A DNA stretch of 64,000 nt from Rubrobacterales bacterium. GTDB taxonomy: Bacteria; Actinomycetota; Rubrobacteria; Rubrobacterales; Rubrobacteraceae. Positions 46,500-58,306 of this stretch are shown piece after piece. The DNA lies in NCBI GenBank assembly GCA_038198445.1, contig JBBPZZ010000107.1, positions 2,399 to 66,398 on the forward strand, written 5' to 3'. A program made the translations under genes and the position numbers. Within the stretch, counting starts at the first letter, position 1. Each line of letters opens with the position of its first letter. The notes below the pieces were generated by a model, which saw nothing but the letters and a program-made list of their open reading frames with translations, ran no database searches and had not been told where the DNA came from.

Positions 46500-47033
46500 T
46501 TAGCCGGCCTTGCCGACCTTGCGCCGGATCTGCTCGTCGCTGTAGCGGATGCCCTTGCCCTTGTAGGGCTCCGGCGGACGGACCTTCCTTATCTCCGCGG
46601 CCGTCTGTCCGACCCGCTGCTTGTCTATCCCGCGCACGATGATCGTCGTCGCGTTCGGGACCTCGAAGTCTATCCCTTCGCGAGGCGTTATAGCCACGGG
46701 ATGCGAGTACCCGACCTGCAGGTTGATGTCCTGCCCCTGCAAGGCCGCCCGGTATCCAACGCCCGCGATCTGAAGCGTCTTCGTGAACCCCTCCGTCACA
46801 CCCGTTACGGCGTTCTGGATCAGGGATCGCGTAAGCCCGTGCATCGCCCGGTGCTCCGGCGCGTCCGAGGCCCGCTCGACGAGGACACTGCCATCGTCCT
46901 GCTTCACCTCGACCCCGCGCCCGATAGGCACGTTCAACTCACCCTTCGGCCCCGTTACCTTAACGTTCCGGGCCGAGAGTTCGACGTTGACGCCACCCGG
47001 CACTTCGACCGGCGCTTTTCCGATTCTAGACAT
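46500..47033 (-). CDS. rplF: 50S ribosomal protein L6
   Basis: 177 aa, [15 protein letters not shown]. Confidence 0.95.
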   Translation of the reverse strand: MSRIGKAPVEVPGGVNVELSARNVKVTGPKGELNVPIGRGVEVKQDDGSVLVERASDAPEHRAMHGLTRSLIQNAVTGVTEGFTKTLQIAGVGYRAALQGQDINLQVGYSHPVAITPREGIDFEVPNATTIIVRGIDKQRVGQTAAEIRKVRPPEPYKGKGIRYSDEQIRRKVGKAG

Positions 47034-47050
47034 AAGCTACTCAAACCTCC

Positions 47051-47449
47051 CTAGTACACGAAGCAGAGGACTTCGCCGCCGATGCCCTGCCGCCGTGCGG
47101 CGTGATCGGTCAGGATTCCCCGCGAGGTCGAGAGTATAGCCACCCCGAGTCCATCCAGGACGCGAGGGATCTCCGCCTGCTTGCGATAGACGCGCCGGCC
47201 CGGACGGCTCATGCGCCGCAGGCCCATTATTCCGCGCCGCCCGTCGGGACCGTACTTCAGTTCTACGACGAGTGTCGCCTCAGCGCCGCTACCCTTCTCG
47301 GAGAAGTCGTTGATGTAGCCCTCCTCCTTCAGGATGCGGGCGACCTCGCGCTTCATCTTTGAGTGCGGCATCTGGACCGTATCGTGCTTCGCCATCTGCG
47401 CGTTGCGGATACGGGTAAGGAAATCCGCTATTGGATCGTTAACCGACAT
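47051..47449 (-). CDS. rpsH: 30S ribosomal protein S8
   Basis: 132 aa, DPIADFLTRIRNA. Confidence 0.95.
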   Translation of the reverse strand: MSVNDPIADFLTRIRNAQMAKHDTVQMPHSKMKREVARILKEEGYINDFSEKGSGAEATLVVELKYGPDGRRGIMGLRRMSRPGRRVYRKQAEIPRVLDGLGVAILSTSRGILTDHAARRQGIGGEVLCFVY

Positions 47450-47453
47450 CTCG

Positions 47454-47639
47454 CTACCAACTCGCTTTCGTTACGCCGGGGATCTTCCCCTCGTGCGCCA
47501 GTTCCCGCAGACAGATCCGGCACAGGCCAAACTTCCGATAGTAGCCGCGAGCCCGGCCGCACCGCTGGCACCGGCTGTACTCCCGTACCGAGAACTTCTG
47601 CTGTTTCTGCTGCTTTACGAGCAACGCTTTCCTCGTCAT
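47454..47639 (-). CDS. rpsN: 30S ribosomal protein S14, zinc-binding type Z
   Basis: 61 aa with CQRC...CRIC zinc-ribbon cysteines. Confidence 0.95.
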   Translation of the reverse strand: MTRKALLVKQQKQQKFSVREYSRCQRCGRARGYYRKFGLCRICLRELAHEGKIPGVTKASW

Positions 47640-47649
47640 CTAAAACCCC

Positions 47650-48192
47650 TTAACTCTGCCTGAAGGGCATGCCGAGCAGCCTTAGCAACTCCCGCCCCTC
47701 TTCGTCGGTCTCCGCCGTCGTAACCACCGCGACGTCGAGGCCGCGGGTCGCGTCTATCGAGTCGTAGGAGATTTCCGGGAAGATGAGCTGCTCCCTGAGA
47801 CCCAGCGCGAAGTTTCCGCGCCCATCGAACGAGGTCGGGCTGATCCCCCGGAAGTCCCTCGTCCGCGGCAGGGCTATCGACACGAGACGGTCCAGGAACT
47901 CCCACATCCGCTCACCACGCAGCGTTACCCGCGCTCCGACCGGCATCCCTTCACGGATCTTGAACCCCGCGATGCTCTTGCGGGCGCGTCGGATCTGCGG
48001 CTTCTGGCCGGTGATCTTGGTGAGGTCCTCCACCGCGCCGTCCATCGCTTTGCTGTTCACGACAGCCTCTCCGACGCCCATGTTCACCACGATCTTCTCG
48101 ACCTTCGGTATCCGCATCGGGTTCTGGATGTCGAACTTTTCCTTCAACGCCGGGGCGACTTCCTCCCGGTACCTGTCCTTCAACCTAGCCAT
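47650..48192 (-). CDS. rplE: 50S ribosomal protein L5
   Basis: 180 aa, [12 protein letters not shown].... Confidence 0.95.
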   Translation of the reverse strand: MARLKDRYREEVAPALKEKFDIQNPMRIPKVEKIVVNMGVGEAVVNSKAMDGAVEDLTKITGQKPQIRRARKSIAGFKIREGMPVGARVTLRGERMWEFLDRLVSIALPRTRDFRGISPTSFDGRGNFALGLREQLIFPEISYDSIDATRGLDVAVVTTAETDEEGRELLRLLGMPFRQS

Positions 48193-48502
48193 CTATTTCC
48201 TTCCCGGACTTCTTCCCGACCCGGACCTTCTCCCCCGAGTCCGTGAACCGGTATCCGACCTTCGTCGGCTCCCCGGAGTTCGGATCGACCAGCATCACGT
48301 TCGAGATGTGTATCGGCGCCGCGAACTTGAACAGCCCTTCCTGATTGTTCTGGCTCGGCTTGGCGTGCCGCGTGCGGACGTTTACGTTGCCCACGACGAC
48401 CCGGTTCTTCGCCGGAATGACCCGCTCGACCTCGCCGCGCTTGCCTTTCTCTTTACCGGAGACCACCATCACGGTGTCCCCGCGCTTTATCTTGAGAGCC
48501 AT
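48185..48502 (-). CDS. rplX: 50S ribosomal protein L24
   Basis: 105 aa with a KOW motif ([19 protein letters not shown]). Confidence 0.95.
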   Translation of the reverse strand: MALKIKRGDTVMVVSGKEKGKRGEVERVIPAKNRVVVGNVNVRTRHAKPSQNNQEGLFKFAAPIHISNVMLVDPNSGEPTKVGYRFTDSGEKVRVGKKSGKEIDG

Positions 48503-48871
48503 CTACAACACCTCCGGGGCCAGCGAGATGATCCTCGTGTAGCCCTTGTCTCTTAGCTCGCGGGCGACGGGACCGAAGATACGCGTCCCGCGCGGAGCCC
48601 CATCGGGGTTGATGATGACGCCCGCGTTCTCTCCGAACCGGATGTACGAACCGTCGTCGCGCCGCGTCTCTTTCGCCGTCCGAACGACCACGGCCCGCAC
48701 GACCTCGCCCTTCTTCACCGCGCCGCCCGGCGTCGCTTCCTTCACCGCGGCCACGATGACGTCCCCAATACCCGCGCTGCGGCGCTTGCTGCCGCCCAGG
48801 ATGCGGATGGTCAGGATACTCCGCGCGCCGGAGTTGTCCGCGACCTTTAGCCTTGTCTCGTTCTGTATCAT
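48503..48871 (-). CDS. rplN: 50S ribosomal protein L14
   Basis: 122 aa from the ATG at 48871 ([16 protein letters not shown]). Shares 1 nt with the rpsQ stop (TAATG). Confidence 0.95.
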   Translation of the reverse strand: MIQNETRLKVADNSGARSILTIRILGGSKRRSAGIGDVIVAAVKEATPGGAVKKGEVVRAVVVRTAKETRRDDGSYIRFGENAGVIINPDGAPRGTRIFGPVARELRDKGYTRIISLAPEVL

Positions 48872-49347
48872 TACTCCGCCCTCGATATGACGGTCCCGAG
48901 CCTCCAACGCTTGCGCGCGGAGAGCGGGCGGGTCTCGACGATCCGGACTGTATCCCCAATATGAGCCTCATTTTGCTCATCGTGAGCCATGAACTTCTTG
49001 GTGCTCCGCACGCGCTTCTTGTACCTCTTGTGCCGCACCAGAGTCTCGACCGCCACCGTGACGGTCTTGTCCGACTTGTCAGAGACGACCAGGCCGACCC
49101 GCTCCTTGCGCCGGTGGCGCTCGGCGTCGGTCTGTATCTGGCCCTCGTCCTGATCCAGCGCCGGCCCTTTGGCGGCGCTCGCACCAAGGTCCTCGGAGAC
49201 TTCGGATTCCGCCACCTCTTCGGTGTCGGCGAGCGTCTCGACGCTCTCTTCCTCAGGCGCCTCGGCGGGTGCCTCGGTCTCTGGAGCCTTGCTCTCGGCA
49301 GGCTCCCGGAGCTCCTCGGGCGTTTGGGTATCTTTCTCTTCTGCCAT
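48871..49347 (-). CDS. rpsQ: 30S ribosomal protein S17 with about 76-aa acidic N-terminal extension
   Basis: 158 aa. The ATG lies 3 nt after the rpmC stop, with GGAG upstream. The uS17 core begins near [19 protein letters not shown]. Confidence 0.9.
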   Translation of the reverse strand: MAEEKDTQTPEELREPAESKAPETEAPAEAPEEESVETLADTEEVAESEVSEDLGASAAKGPALDQDEGQIQTDAERHRRKERVGLVVSDKSDKTVTVAVETLVRHKRYKKRVRSTKKFMAHDEQNEAHIGDTVRIVETRPLSARKRWRLGTVISRAE

Positions 49348-49350
49348 ACG

Positions 49351-49545
49351 CTAGTTCTCCTGCTTCTTCTGGTTCAGGACGGTGAGGAGCCGGGCGATGT
49401 TCTTCCGGACTTCCTTGAGCTGTCCCGTATTCTCCAACTGTCCCGTCGCGTGCTGGAAGCGCAGGTTGAACAGCTCGCGCCTGGTGGCGGCGATTCGGTC
49501 CTCTAGCTCCTGCACGTCCAACTCGCGGACTTCGGCGACCTTCAT
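49351..49545 (-). CDS. rpmC: 50S ribosomal protein L29
   Basis: 64 aa in the conserved position. Confidence 0.9.
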   Translation of the reverse strand: MKVAEVRELDVQELEDRIAATRRELFNLRFQHATGQLENTGQLKEVRKNIARLLTVLNQKKQEN

Positions 49546-49961
49546 TACTGACTACCTCCCCGGATGAGGAAGCGGGTCTTTATCGGGAGCTTCTGGGCGG
49601 CGAGGCTCATAGCCTCCCGCGCCAGCGTCTCGTCCACTCCGCTCATCTCGAACATAACGCGGCCCGGCTTTACGACCGCGACGTAGCCCTCGGGCGAACC
49701 CTTACCGGAGCCCATACGGGTCTCGGCGGCTTTCTTGGTAACCGGCTTGTGGGGGAAGATGTTGATCCAGACCTTCCCTCCGCGCTTTATCTTCCGCGTC
49801 ATCGCAATACGGGCGGCCTCTATTTGACGGTTGGTGATCCAGGCCGCTTCGAGCGCCTGCAATCCGTAATCGCCGAAATGGACCTCGGTGCCGCCCTTCG
49901 CCAGGCCCCGCCTACGGCCCCGGTGGGGCTTGCGGTACTTGAGCTTCTTGGGTACCAACAT
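49545..49961 (-). CDS. rplP: 50S ribosomal protein L16
   Basis: 138 aa, [16 protein letters not shown]. Confidence 0.95.
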   Translation of the reverse strand: MLVPKKLKYRKPHRGRRRGLAKGGTEVHFGDYGLQALEAAWITNRQIEAARIAMTRKIKRGGKVWINIFPHKPVTKKAAETRMGSGKGSPEGYVAVVKPGRVMFEMSGVDETLAREAMSLAAQKLPIKTRFLIRGGSQ

Positions 49962-49964
49962 TGC

Positions 49965-50627
49965 TTATCTCCTGCCTTCGCCGTCTTCGTGGACGCCGTG
50001 GTTGATCCAGACTTTCACACCGATCTGGCCCATCTGCGTCTTGGCTTCACGGAAACCGTAATCTATGTCCGCATCCAGCGTGTGCAACGGCACCCGCCCC
50101 TCGGAGATGGTCTCCTCGCGGCTCATCTCGATACCGCCGAGACGCCCGCCGCACCGGATACGGCAACCTTCGGCCCCGCTCCGCATCGCGCTGGTGAGCG
50201 CACGCTTCATGGTCCGCCGGAATGCGGCTCGGCCAACGAGTTGCTCCGCTATGGACTCGGCTACGAGAGCGGCGTTTAGCTCCGGCCTCGACACCTCACG
50301 CACGTTGACCTGAACCTTTTTCTTGGTCAGGCGCTCCAGTTCGCCGCGGAGGGCGTCTACCTCGGAGCCACCCTTGCCGATTACGATACCGGGACGCGCG
50401 GTGTGAATATCCACGGCGATTTCACCCTGCTCGGCGGCCTTCCGAATCTGGACGTCCGAAATGCCGGCCCGAGTGAGCTTCTTCTCGATGTGCGCCCGGA
50501 TCTTGAGGTCCTCGCCGAGCAACTCGGCGAAGTCGCGATCCGAATACCAACTGCTCTTGAAATCTACCTTCTCGCCCTTGCGCTTCACGCCCAGGCGGAA
50601 GCCCTCTGGATGTACTTTCTGGCCCAT
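49965..50627 (-). CDS. rpsC: 30S ribosomal protein S3
   Basis: 220 aa, [13 protein letters not shown]. Confidence 0.95.
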   Translation of the reverse strand: MGQKVHPEGFRLGVKRKGEKVDFKSSWYSDRDFAELLGEDLKIRAHIEKKLTRAGISDVQIRKAAEQGEIAVDIHTARPGIVIGKGGSEVDALRGELERLTKKKVQVNVREVSRPELNAALVAESIAEQLVGRAAFRRTMKRALTSAMRSGAEGCRIRCGGRLGGIEMSREETISEGRVPLHTLDADIDYGFREAKTQMGQIGVKVWINHGVHEDGEGRR

Positions 50628-50993
50628 CTATTCCTCCTCGTCTCCGGGCGTGCCCACAAGGACTCCCGCTGGAGCGCCGAGCTCAACGCTAATGTGGCTG
50701 GTGCGCTTGCGGATCATGGTCGCCCGGCCCATCGCCCTCGGACGATAGCGCTTGATGGTCGGTCCCTCGTCCACCCGGATTTCCCTGACGAAAAGCTCGT
50801 CGGGGTCCACGTCGAGGTTGTGGTCCGCGTTGGCTGCGGCGCTGTTGACCACGCCGCTAACGATCTTCGCGGCGGCCTTGTTCGTGAATTGTAGGATGGA
50901 GACGGCCTCCGGGACGCTCTTGCCCCGGATCTCATCGGCCACCAGCCGCGCCTTGCGGGGGGCGATGCGGACGTATTTGGCTACGGCCTTCAT
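50628..50993 (-). CDS. rplV: 50S ribosomal protein L22
   Basis: 121 aa with conserved uL22 sequence. Confidence 0.95.
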   Translation of the reverse strand: MKAVAKYVRIAPRKARLVADEIRGKSVPEAVSILQFTNKAAAKIVSGVVNSAAANADHNLDVDPDELFVREIRVDEGPTIKRYRPRAMGRATMIRKRTSHISVELGAPAGVLVGTPGDEEE

Positions 50994-51274
50994 TATCGCC
51001 TCCTCGCTGTCCGGTCGTCCTTGCGGTGCGTGCGGAAGGTGCGGGTCGGGGCGAACTCACCGAGCTTGTGGCCGACCATCGACTCCGTGCAGTAGACGGG
51101 TACGTGCTTGCGCCCGTCGTGGACGGCAATGGTGTGACCGACGAACTCGGGATAGATCACACTGGCCCGGCTCCACGTCTTGAGCATCCGCTTCTCGTTG
51201 TTCTCGTTCATCCTGAGGATGCGCTCCATAAGGCGCTCCTCTACGAATGGATCCTTTTTCGAGGACCGCGTCAT
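50993..51274 (-). CDS. rpsS: 30S ribosomal protein S19
   Basis: 93 aa, [16 protein letters not shown]. Confidence 0.95.
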   Translation of the reverse strand: MTRSSKKDPFVEERLMERILRMNENNEKRMLKTWSRASVIYPEFVGHTIAVHDGRKHVPVYCTESMVGHKLGEFAPTRTFRTHRKDDRTARRR

Positions 51275-52114
51275 CTAGCGCCTCCTTCCTTTCCTGCGAC
51301 GGCGCACGATCATGGCGTCCGACCGCTTGTGCTTCTTCCTGGTTGGCGACCCTTGAGTGATCTGACCCCACGGCGTAACCGGCGCCCGGCCCGGCGTGCT
51401 CTTGCCCTCGCCACCGCCGTGCGGGTGATCGACCGGGTTCATGACCGTACCACGCACCGTCGGCCTGATGCCGAGATGCCGCTTGCGGCCAGCCTTGCCC
51501 CAGCGCACATTCTGGTGCGACTGGTTACCGACGACCCCGACGGTCGCCCGGCACTCGCTCCTCACGCGCCGCCGTTCCCCTGAAGGCAGCCTCAGCGTAA
51601 CGAGACCTCCCTCGCGGGCGACGAGCTGCGCGCTGGTCCCGGCGCTGCGGGCCATCTGCGCGCCCCGGCCCGGCTCAAGCTCCACGTTATGGATCACCGT
51701 ACCCACCGGGATACGGTTCAACGGCAATGTGTTGCCCACGTCCACCTCGGCGTCCGGCCCGCTCTCAACGATAGAGCCAACCGTCAGGTTGCGCGGCGCG
51801 AGGATGTAACGCTTCTCGCCGTCGTGATAGTGGAGGAGGGCTATGTTCGCCGAGCGGTTCGGGTCGTACTCGATAGCCGCAACCGTCGCCGGCACGCCGT
51901 CCTTCGTGCGCTTGAAGTCGATCATCCGGTAGCGCCGCTTGTGGCCGCCACCTATGTGCCGGGTCGTGATGCGGCCGTGGTTGTTCCGTCCGCCGGTCTT
52001 GTGTAGCTTCACGAGCAGCTTCTTCTCCGGCTTGTTCTTCGTAACCGTATCGCGTGTCAGGACCGAGGAGTTCCTACGGCCCGCGCTCGTCGGCTTGTAA
52101 CGTCTCGCAGGCAC
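51275..52114 (-). CDS. rplB: 50S ribosomal protein L2
   Basis: 279 aa, [10 protein letters not shown] ... [13 protein letters not shown]. Confidence 0.95.
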   Translation of the reverse strand: MPARRYKPTSAGRRNSSVLTRDTVTKNKPEKKLLVKLHKTGGRNNHGRITTRHIGGGHKRRYRMIDFKRTKDGVPATVAAIEYDPNRSANIALLHYHDGEKRYILAPRNLTVGSIVESGPDAEVDVGNTLPLNRIPVGTVIHNVELEPGRGAQMARSAGTSAQLVAREGGLVTLRLPSGERRRVRSECRATVGVVGNQSHQNVRWGKAGRKRHLGIRPTVRGTVMNPVDHPHGGGEGKSTPGRAPVTPWGQITQGSPTRKKHKRSDAMIVRRRRKGRRR

Positions 52115-52402
52115 CTAGACCCCCTCGAACAGTTCTATGCGCTCGCCCTCGGCCAGCTTCACGACGGCCTTCTTCCACGTGGCCGTCCGGCCCCTGGTGA
52201 GGCCCTGGCGCTTGGGCTTGCTCTTTACGTTAGCGGTATTGACCTTCGCCACCTGCACGTCGAACGCGCCCTCGATGGCTTTCTTGATCTGGTTCTTATT
52301 CGCCCGCCGGTCCACCTGGAAAGTGTACTGTCCCTCGGTTTCGATGAGATTGTAACTCTTCTCGGATATAACCGGCCGAACTATCACCTGGTGCGGGTCC
52401 AT
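52115..52402 (-). CDS. rplW: 50S ribosomal protein L23
   Basis: 95 aa in the conserved position with conserved sequence. Confidence 0.95.
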   Translation of the reverse strand: MDPHQVIVRPVISEKSYNLIETEGQYTFQVDRRANKNQIKKAIEGAFDVQVAKVNTANVKSKPKRQGLTRGRTATWKKAVVKLAEGERIELFEGV

Positions 52403-52403
52403 A

Positions 52404-53033
52404 TTAGTTCTCCTCCCCCGCCAGCTTCGAATACGCCGCCCGCGAGAACACGACCTCCCGAGCCCTCAACAGCTCGTAGACCCCGTACTCCCTCGGTCCC
52501 AAGACCGTAACCTGCGGCAGGTTCCTGAACGAGAGCGCCGCGTTCGCGTCGTCCTCCGTCAACACCACGAGAACCGGTCCCTCGACCTCCATCTTCCCGA
52601 GCAAGTCTTTCGCCTGCTTAGTGGAAGGCGCGTCGAAAGCCAGCGAGTCCAGAACGAACAGCTCTCCATCGGCGGCTTTGGCCGACAGCGCCCCGTGGAA
52701 CGCCGCGAGCGCCTCCTTGCGGTTTATGCGCTTGCGGGAACGCTCGCCTTTCGGCTTCGGACCGCCCCAAGTCCCGCCTCCGACGCGAACCGGCGACTTG
52801 ATGTCTCCCGCCCGCGCCCGGCCCGTACCCTTCTGACGGTACAGCTTGCGGCCGGAGCCCTGTATGTCGCCGCGGCCCTTCGTCGCAGCCGTGTAGCGTC
52901 GCCGGGAGTCTAGCTCCGCGACGACGGCCCGGTGTATGACGTGCTCCCTGGGTTCCGTCTCGAACTTCGGACCCTTCAGGTCCAGCGAGGACTTCTGCCC
53001 GCTGCGCGCGTCGAATACCTGCGCCTGCGCCAT
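52404..53033 (-). CDS. rplD: 50S ribosomal protein L4
   Basis: 209 aa from the ATG at 53033, 1 nt after the rplC stop. The longer ORF would overlap rplC. Confidence 0.95.
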   Translation of the reverse strand: MAQAQVFDARSGQKSSLDLKGPKFETEPREHVIHRAVVAELDSRRRYTAATKGRGDIQGSGRKLYRQKGTGRARAGDIKSPVRVGGGTWGGPKPKGERSRKRINRKEALAAFHGALSAKAADGELFVLDSLAFDAPSTKQAKDLLGKMEVEGPVLVVLTEDDANAALSFRNLPQVTVLGPREYGVYELLRAREVVFSRAAYSKLAGEEN

Positions 53034-53034
53034 C

Positions 53035-53652
53035 TTACTCACCCGCCTTTCGGATAGTAACGACAGCGCCCTTACCGCCCGGCACCCCGCCGCGCACCCA
53101 GATCTCACCTTTGTCGGCGTCCACGTTCGCCACGCTCAGGTTCTTGACCGTGACGCCGTGGTTGCCCATCTGGCCGGGCATCTTTTGCCCTTTAAAGATG
53201 CGGGCCGGGTCCGCCGAAGCGCCCACCGAGCCCGGAGCCCGGACGTTGTGCGAGCCGTGCGAGACCGGGCCGCGACCGAAACGGTGCCGCTTGATCGTCC
53301 CCTGGAAGCCCTTGCCCTTCGAGGTAGCGGTCACGTGTACCTTGTCACCAATCTCGAAGACGTCCGCGCCGATGCTCTCGCCAACCTCGCCCGTAACGCC
53401 GCGCAACTCCTTGAGGTGGCGGCGCGGCGGAGTCTCCAGCTTCTCGAAGACGCCCGCGTGAGCCTTGTTGACCTTGCGCGAGGGCACGGTACCAAAACCA
53501 ACCTGCACGGCGTCGTAGCCGTCCTCCCCGGCGGTGCGGACGGCGGTTATGAAGTTCGGCTCTACCTCGATCACGGTAACGCTCACGAGCGTACCGTCGT
53601 CCTGGAAGGCCTGCGTCATATGCTTCTTGCGTCCTATAACTGCCGTTGCCAT
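53035..53652 (-). CDS. rplC: 50S ribosomal protein L3
   Basis: 205 aa with conserved uL3 sequence (KGKGFQG). Confidence 0.95.
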   Translation of the reverse strand: MATAVIGRKKHMTQAFQDDGTLVSVTVIEVEPNFITAVRTAGEDGYDAVQVGFGTVPSRKVNKAHAGVFEKLETPPRRHLKELRGVTGEVGESIGADVFEIGDKVHVTATSKGKGFQGTIKRHRFGRGPVSHGSHNVRAPGSVGASADPARIFKGQKMPGQMGNHGVTVKNLSVANVDADKGEIWVRGGVPGGKGAVVTIRKAGE

Positions 53653-53655
53653 AAC

Positions 53656-53967
53656 CTAGTTCGCCTTTATCTCTATATTCACGCCCGCCGGCAGGTCGAG
53701 CCGCTGAAGCGAGTCGACCGTGCGCGGCGTGGGCTGCTGGATGTCTATGAGCCGCTTGTGCGTGTGCATCTGGAAGTGCTCGCGGGAGTCCTTGTCCTTG
53801 AAGGGACCCCGGATCACGGTGTAGCGGCTCTTCTTCGTCGGCAGCGGGATGGGACCAAACACGAAGGCCCCAGTCCGCTCCGCTGTTTCGACTATGGACT
53901 TGGCTGTCTTGTCTATGACCTCGTGGTCATAGGCTTTCAGCTTGATCCGTATCTTGGAGACGGCCAT
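53656..53967 (-). CDS. rpsJ: 30S ribosomal protein S10
   Basis: 103 aa, [10 protein letters not shown]. Confidence 0.95.
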   Translation of the reverse strand: MAVSKIRIKLKAYDHEVIDKTAKSIVETAERTGAFVFGPIPLPTKKSRYTVIRGPFKDKDSREHFQMHTHKRLIDIQQPTPRTVDSLQRLDLPAGVNIEIKAN

Positions 53968-53974
53968 ACGTCAC

Positions 53975-55177
<1,203 letters not shown>

Positions 55178-55187
55178 CTCTTTCCTC

Positions 55188-57338
55188 CTAGTTTTCGGCT
55201 ATCTCGGTCGCGATGCTCTTCGGCACCTCGGCGTAGTGATCGAACTGCATCGTGAACGTCGCGCGGCCCTGCGTCTTGCTCCGAACGGTGGTCGCGTAAC
55301 CGAACATCTCGGAGAGCGGGACCATCGCCTGGATGACCTGACCGCTGCCGCGGGCGTCCATACCCTGGATCTGGCCCCGGCGGCTCGAAAGGTCGCCCAT
55401 GACGTCGCCCATGAACTCCTCGGGCATGACGACCTCGACGGCCATGATCGGCTCCAGAAGAACCGGGTTCGCGCGCTTGAGGGCCTCCTTGATCGCCATG
55501 CTGCCCGCGATCTGGAACGCCATCTCGTTTGAGTCAACCTCGTGGAAAGATCCATCGACGAGCTCGACCTTGACGTCCACGACCGGGAATCCGGCCACGA
55601 CGCCGCTATCCAGCGCCTCCTTGATACCCTTGTCAACGCTCCCGATGTACTCCCTCGGGATGACGCCGCCGACGATCTTGTTGTCGAATTCGTAACCCTG
55701 CTCGTCGTTGTGCTCGGCGTTGATGACCGCGTGACCGTACTGACCGCGGCCACCCGTCTGACGCACGAACCGGCCGTTGATGCCCTCGACGCGCTTGCGA
55801 ATCGTCTCGCGGTACGCCACCTGCGGACGACCGATGTTCGCGTCCACCCGGAACTCGCGCAGGAGCCTATCCACGATGATCTCCAGGTGAAGCTCACCCA
55901 TGCCGGAGATGATCGTCTGCCCCGTCTCCTCGTCACCGCGCACGGAGAACGTCGGGTCCTCCTCGGCGAGACGCTGGAGCGCACCGGTGAGCTTCTCCTG
56001 GTCGGCCTTCGTCTTAGGCTCGATGGCCTGCGAGATGACCGGCTCCGGGAAGATCATCTCCTCCAGCACGATCCGCTCGGGGTCGTCCGCCGAGATGAGC
56101 GTGTCACCCGTCCCGGTATCCGACAGCCCGATAGCCGCCACCAACTCACCCGCGTACACTTCCTCGCGCTGCTCCCGGCTGTTGGCGTGAAGCTGCAAGA
56201 GACGTCCGATGCGTTCGCGCTTGCCCTTCGTGGTGTTCATGACGTAGGAGCCGGACTTGAGCGTACCGGAATACACCCGCATGTACGTCAGCTTCCCGAC
56301 GTGCGGGTCGCTCTGCACCTTGAAAGCGAGTGCTGACAGCGGGCCATTCTCGTCGGCCTCGCGCGTCACGATCTCCTCGCTGTCCAGCGTCTTGCCCTGG
56401 ATTGGCGGTACATCGAGCGGACTCGGCAGGTAGTCGATCACACCGTCCAGCAACGGCTGGACACCCTTGTTCTTGAACGCGGAACCGACGAATACCGGCG
56501 TCATCTGATTATCCAGTGTCGCTTTGCGAATCGCCGCCCGGAGCTGCGGAACGTCTATGTCTTCGCCTTCGAGATAGAGCTCCATTAACTCTTCATCCTG
56601 ATCGGAGACCGCTTCGAGCAGCTTGTCCCGGAACTCCTCGGCCCGCGTCTTCATGTCTTCGGGGATCTCCGTGATCTCGAACGTCGCGCCCAGGTCATCC
56701 GTGTAAACGGTCGCCTTCATCTCGACGAGATCCACGATGCCCTGAAACTCGCTCTCGGCGCCGATCGGCAACTGCACCGGAACCGCATTCGCCCCGAGCC
56801 GGTCCACCATCGTATCCACGGCCTTGTAGAAGTCCGCGCCGATCCGGTCCATCTTGTTGACGAACGCGATCCGCGGCACACCATACTTGTCAGCCTGCCG
56901 CCACACCGTCTCCGACTGCGGCTCAACACCCGCCACCGAGTCGAACAACGCTATCGAACCGTCCAGCACCCGTAGGCTGCGCTCCACCTCGACCGTGAAG
57001 TCCACGTGTCCGGGCGTGTCTATAATGTTGACACGGTGCTGTTCGGGGATACGGCTGTGAACACCCTCCTTGGCGCCCTTGCCATTCTTACCGGAGCCTT
57101 CGATGCCGCCCCAGAAGACGGTCGTCGCGGCGGACGTGATCGTGATGCCGCGCTCGCGCTCCTGGGCCATCCAGTCCATAACAGCGTTGCCGTCATGGAC
57201 CTCGCCCAGCTTGTGGGTGAGGCCGGTGTAGAGCAGGATGCGCTCGGTCGTCGTCGTCTTACCGGCGTCGATGTGTGCCATGATGCCGATGTTTCTTACC
57301 CGCTTTAGCGGGATCTTTTTAGCTACTTGTACAGCCAT
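55188..57338 (-). CDS. fusA: elongation factor G
   Basis: 716 aa with [14 protein letters not shown] and NKMD motifs. A Gly/Lys-rich insertion sits before DTPGH. Confidence 0.97.
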   Translation of the reverse strand: MAVQVAKKIPLKRVRNIGIMAHIDAGKTTTTERILLYTGLTHKLGEVHDGNAVMDWMAQERERGITITSAATTVFWGGIEGSGKNGKGAKEGVHSRIPEQHRVNIIDTPGHVDFTVEVERSLRVLDGSIALFDSVAGVEPQSETVWRQADKYGVPRIAFVNKMDRIGADFYKAVDTMVDRLGANAVPVQLPIGAESEFQGIVDLVEMKATVYTDDLGATFEITEIPEDMKTRAEEFRDKLLEAVSDQDEELMELYLEGEDIDVPQLRAAIRKATLDNQMTPVFVGSAFKNKGVQPLLDGVIDYLPSPLDVPPIQGKTLDSEEIVTREADENGPLSALAFKVQSDPHVGKLTYMRVYSGTLKSGSYVMNTTKGKRERIGRLLQLHANSREQREEVYAGELVAAIGLSDTGTGDTLISADDPERIVLEEMIFPEPVISQAIEPKTKADQEKLTGALQRLAEEDPTFSVRGDEETGQTIISGMGELHLEIIVDRLLREFRVDANIGRPQVAYRETIRKRVEGINGRFVRQTGGRGQYGHAVINAEHNDEQGYEFDNKIVGGVIPREYIGSVDKGIKEALDSGVVAGFPVVDVKVELVDGSFHEVDSNEMAFQIAGSMAIKEALKRANPVLLEPIMAVEVVMPEEFMGDVMGDLSSRRGQIQGMDARGSGQVIQAMVPLSEMFGYATTVRSKTQGRATFTMQFDHYAEVPKSIATEIAEN

Positions 57339-57349
57339 TCTCTACCTCG

Positions 57350-57820
57350 TCACCACCTGTAATGCGCGAATGCGCGGTTGGCCTCTGCCATCCGGTGCGT
57401 ATCTTCCTTACGCTTCACGCTGGATCCGATATTGTCCTTGGCGTCGAGCAACTCGCCCGCGAGCCTCCGCCCCATCGTCTTCTCCCGCCGCGCCCGCGCG
57501 AAACCGACGAGCCAGCGGAGAGCGAGAGTGTTTGCCCGACGCTGATCCACCTCGACCGGCACCTGATACGTCGCTCCTCCGACCCTGCGGCTCTTCACTT
57601 CCAAACGCGGCCGGATGTTGTCCAGGGCGTTGTTCAGGACGACCACGGGGTTCGTGCCGGTCCTCTCCTCGACCTGGGCGAGGGCGTCGAACACTATCTT
57701 CTCGGCCGTGCTCTTCTTACCGTCGAGCATGATCTTGTTGATGATCTGCTGGACTACCACGCTCCCGTATACCGGGTCTGGTTCTATCTTCTTCTTTGGG
57801 GGCGCTGCTCGTCTCGGCAT
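57350..57820 (-). CDS. rpsG: 30S ribosomal protein S7
   Basis: 156 aa with conserved uS7 sequence. Confidence 0.95.
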   Translation of the reverse strand: MPRRAAPPKKKIEPDPVYGSVVVQQIINKIMLDGKKSTAEKIVFDALAQVEERTGTNPVVVLNNALDNIRPRLEVKSRRVGGATYQVPVEVDQRRANTLALRWLVGFARARREKTMGRRLAGELLDAKDNIGSSVKRKEDTHRMAEANRAFAHYRW

Positions 57821-57831
57821 CTCTTACCCTC

Positions 57832-58200
57832 CTACGACTTCTTCGTACCGTACTTGGAACGGCCCTGCTTGCGGTTGTTCACGCCCAACGTATCGAGCGC
57901 GCCGCGCACTACCTTGTAGCGCACGCCCGGCAGGTCCTTCACACGCCCGCCGCGCACCAGCACCACGGAGTGCTCCTGCAGGTTGTGCCCCTCACCCGGA
58001 ACGTAGGCCGTGATCTCCATGCCGTTGGTCAACCTCACGCGCGCGATCTTACGCAACGCCGAGTTCGGCTTCTTCGGGGTAGTGGTCGAGACGCGGGTGC
58101 AGACACCCCGGCGCTGGGGCGAACCCTGCAAACCCGGAGTCGCCGTCTTGTCTTTTTTCAACTTGCGCTCGTGGCGCACGAGTTGGTTCGTCGTCGGCAT
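57832..58200 (-). CDS. rpsL: 30S ribosomal protein S12
   Basis: 122 aa, MPTTNQLVR ... [10 protein letters not shown]. Confidence 0.95.
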   Translation of the reverse strand: MPTTNQLVRHERKLKKDKTATPGLQGSPQRRGVCTRVSTTTPKKPNSALRKIARVRLTNGMEITAYVPGEGHNLQEHSVVLVRGGRVKDLPGVRYKVVRGALDTLGVNNRKQGRSKYGTKKS

Positions 58201-58306
58201 GGCCGCGCCTTCCTCTCTACTACCTGGAAAAGGGAACTTCTACAAAGCTACGCGCCGCAGTCCCGAGCCTTGCTACCACTCGTAACCGCGACGCGTAATT
58301 TTAGGC

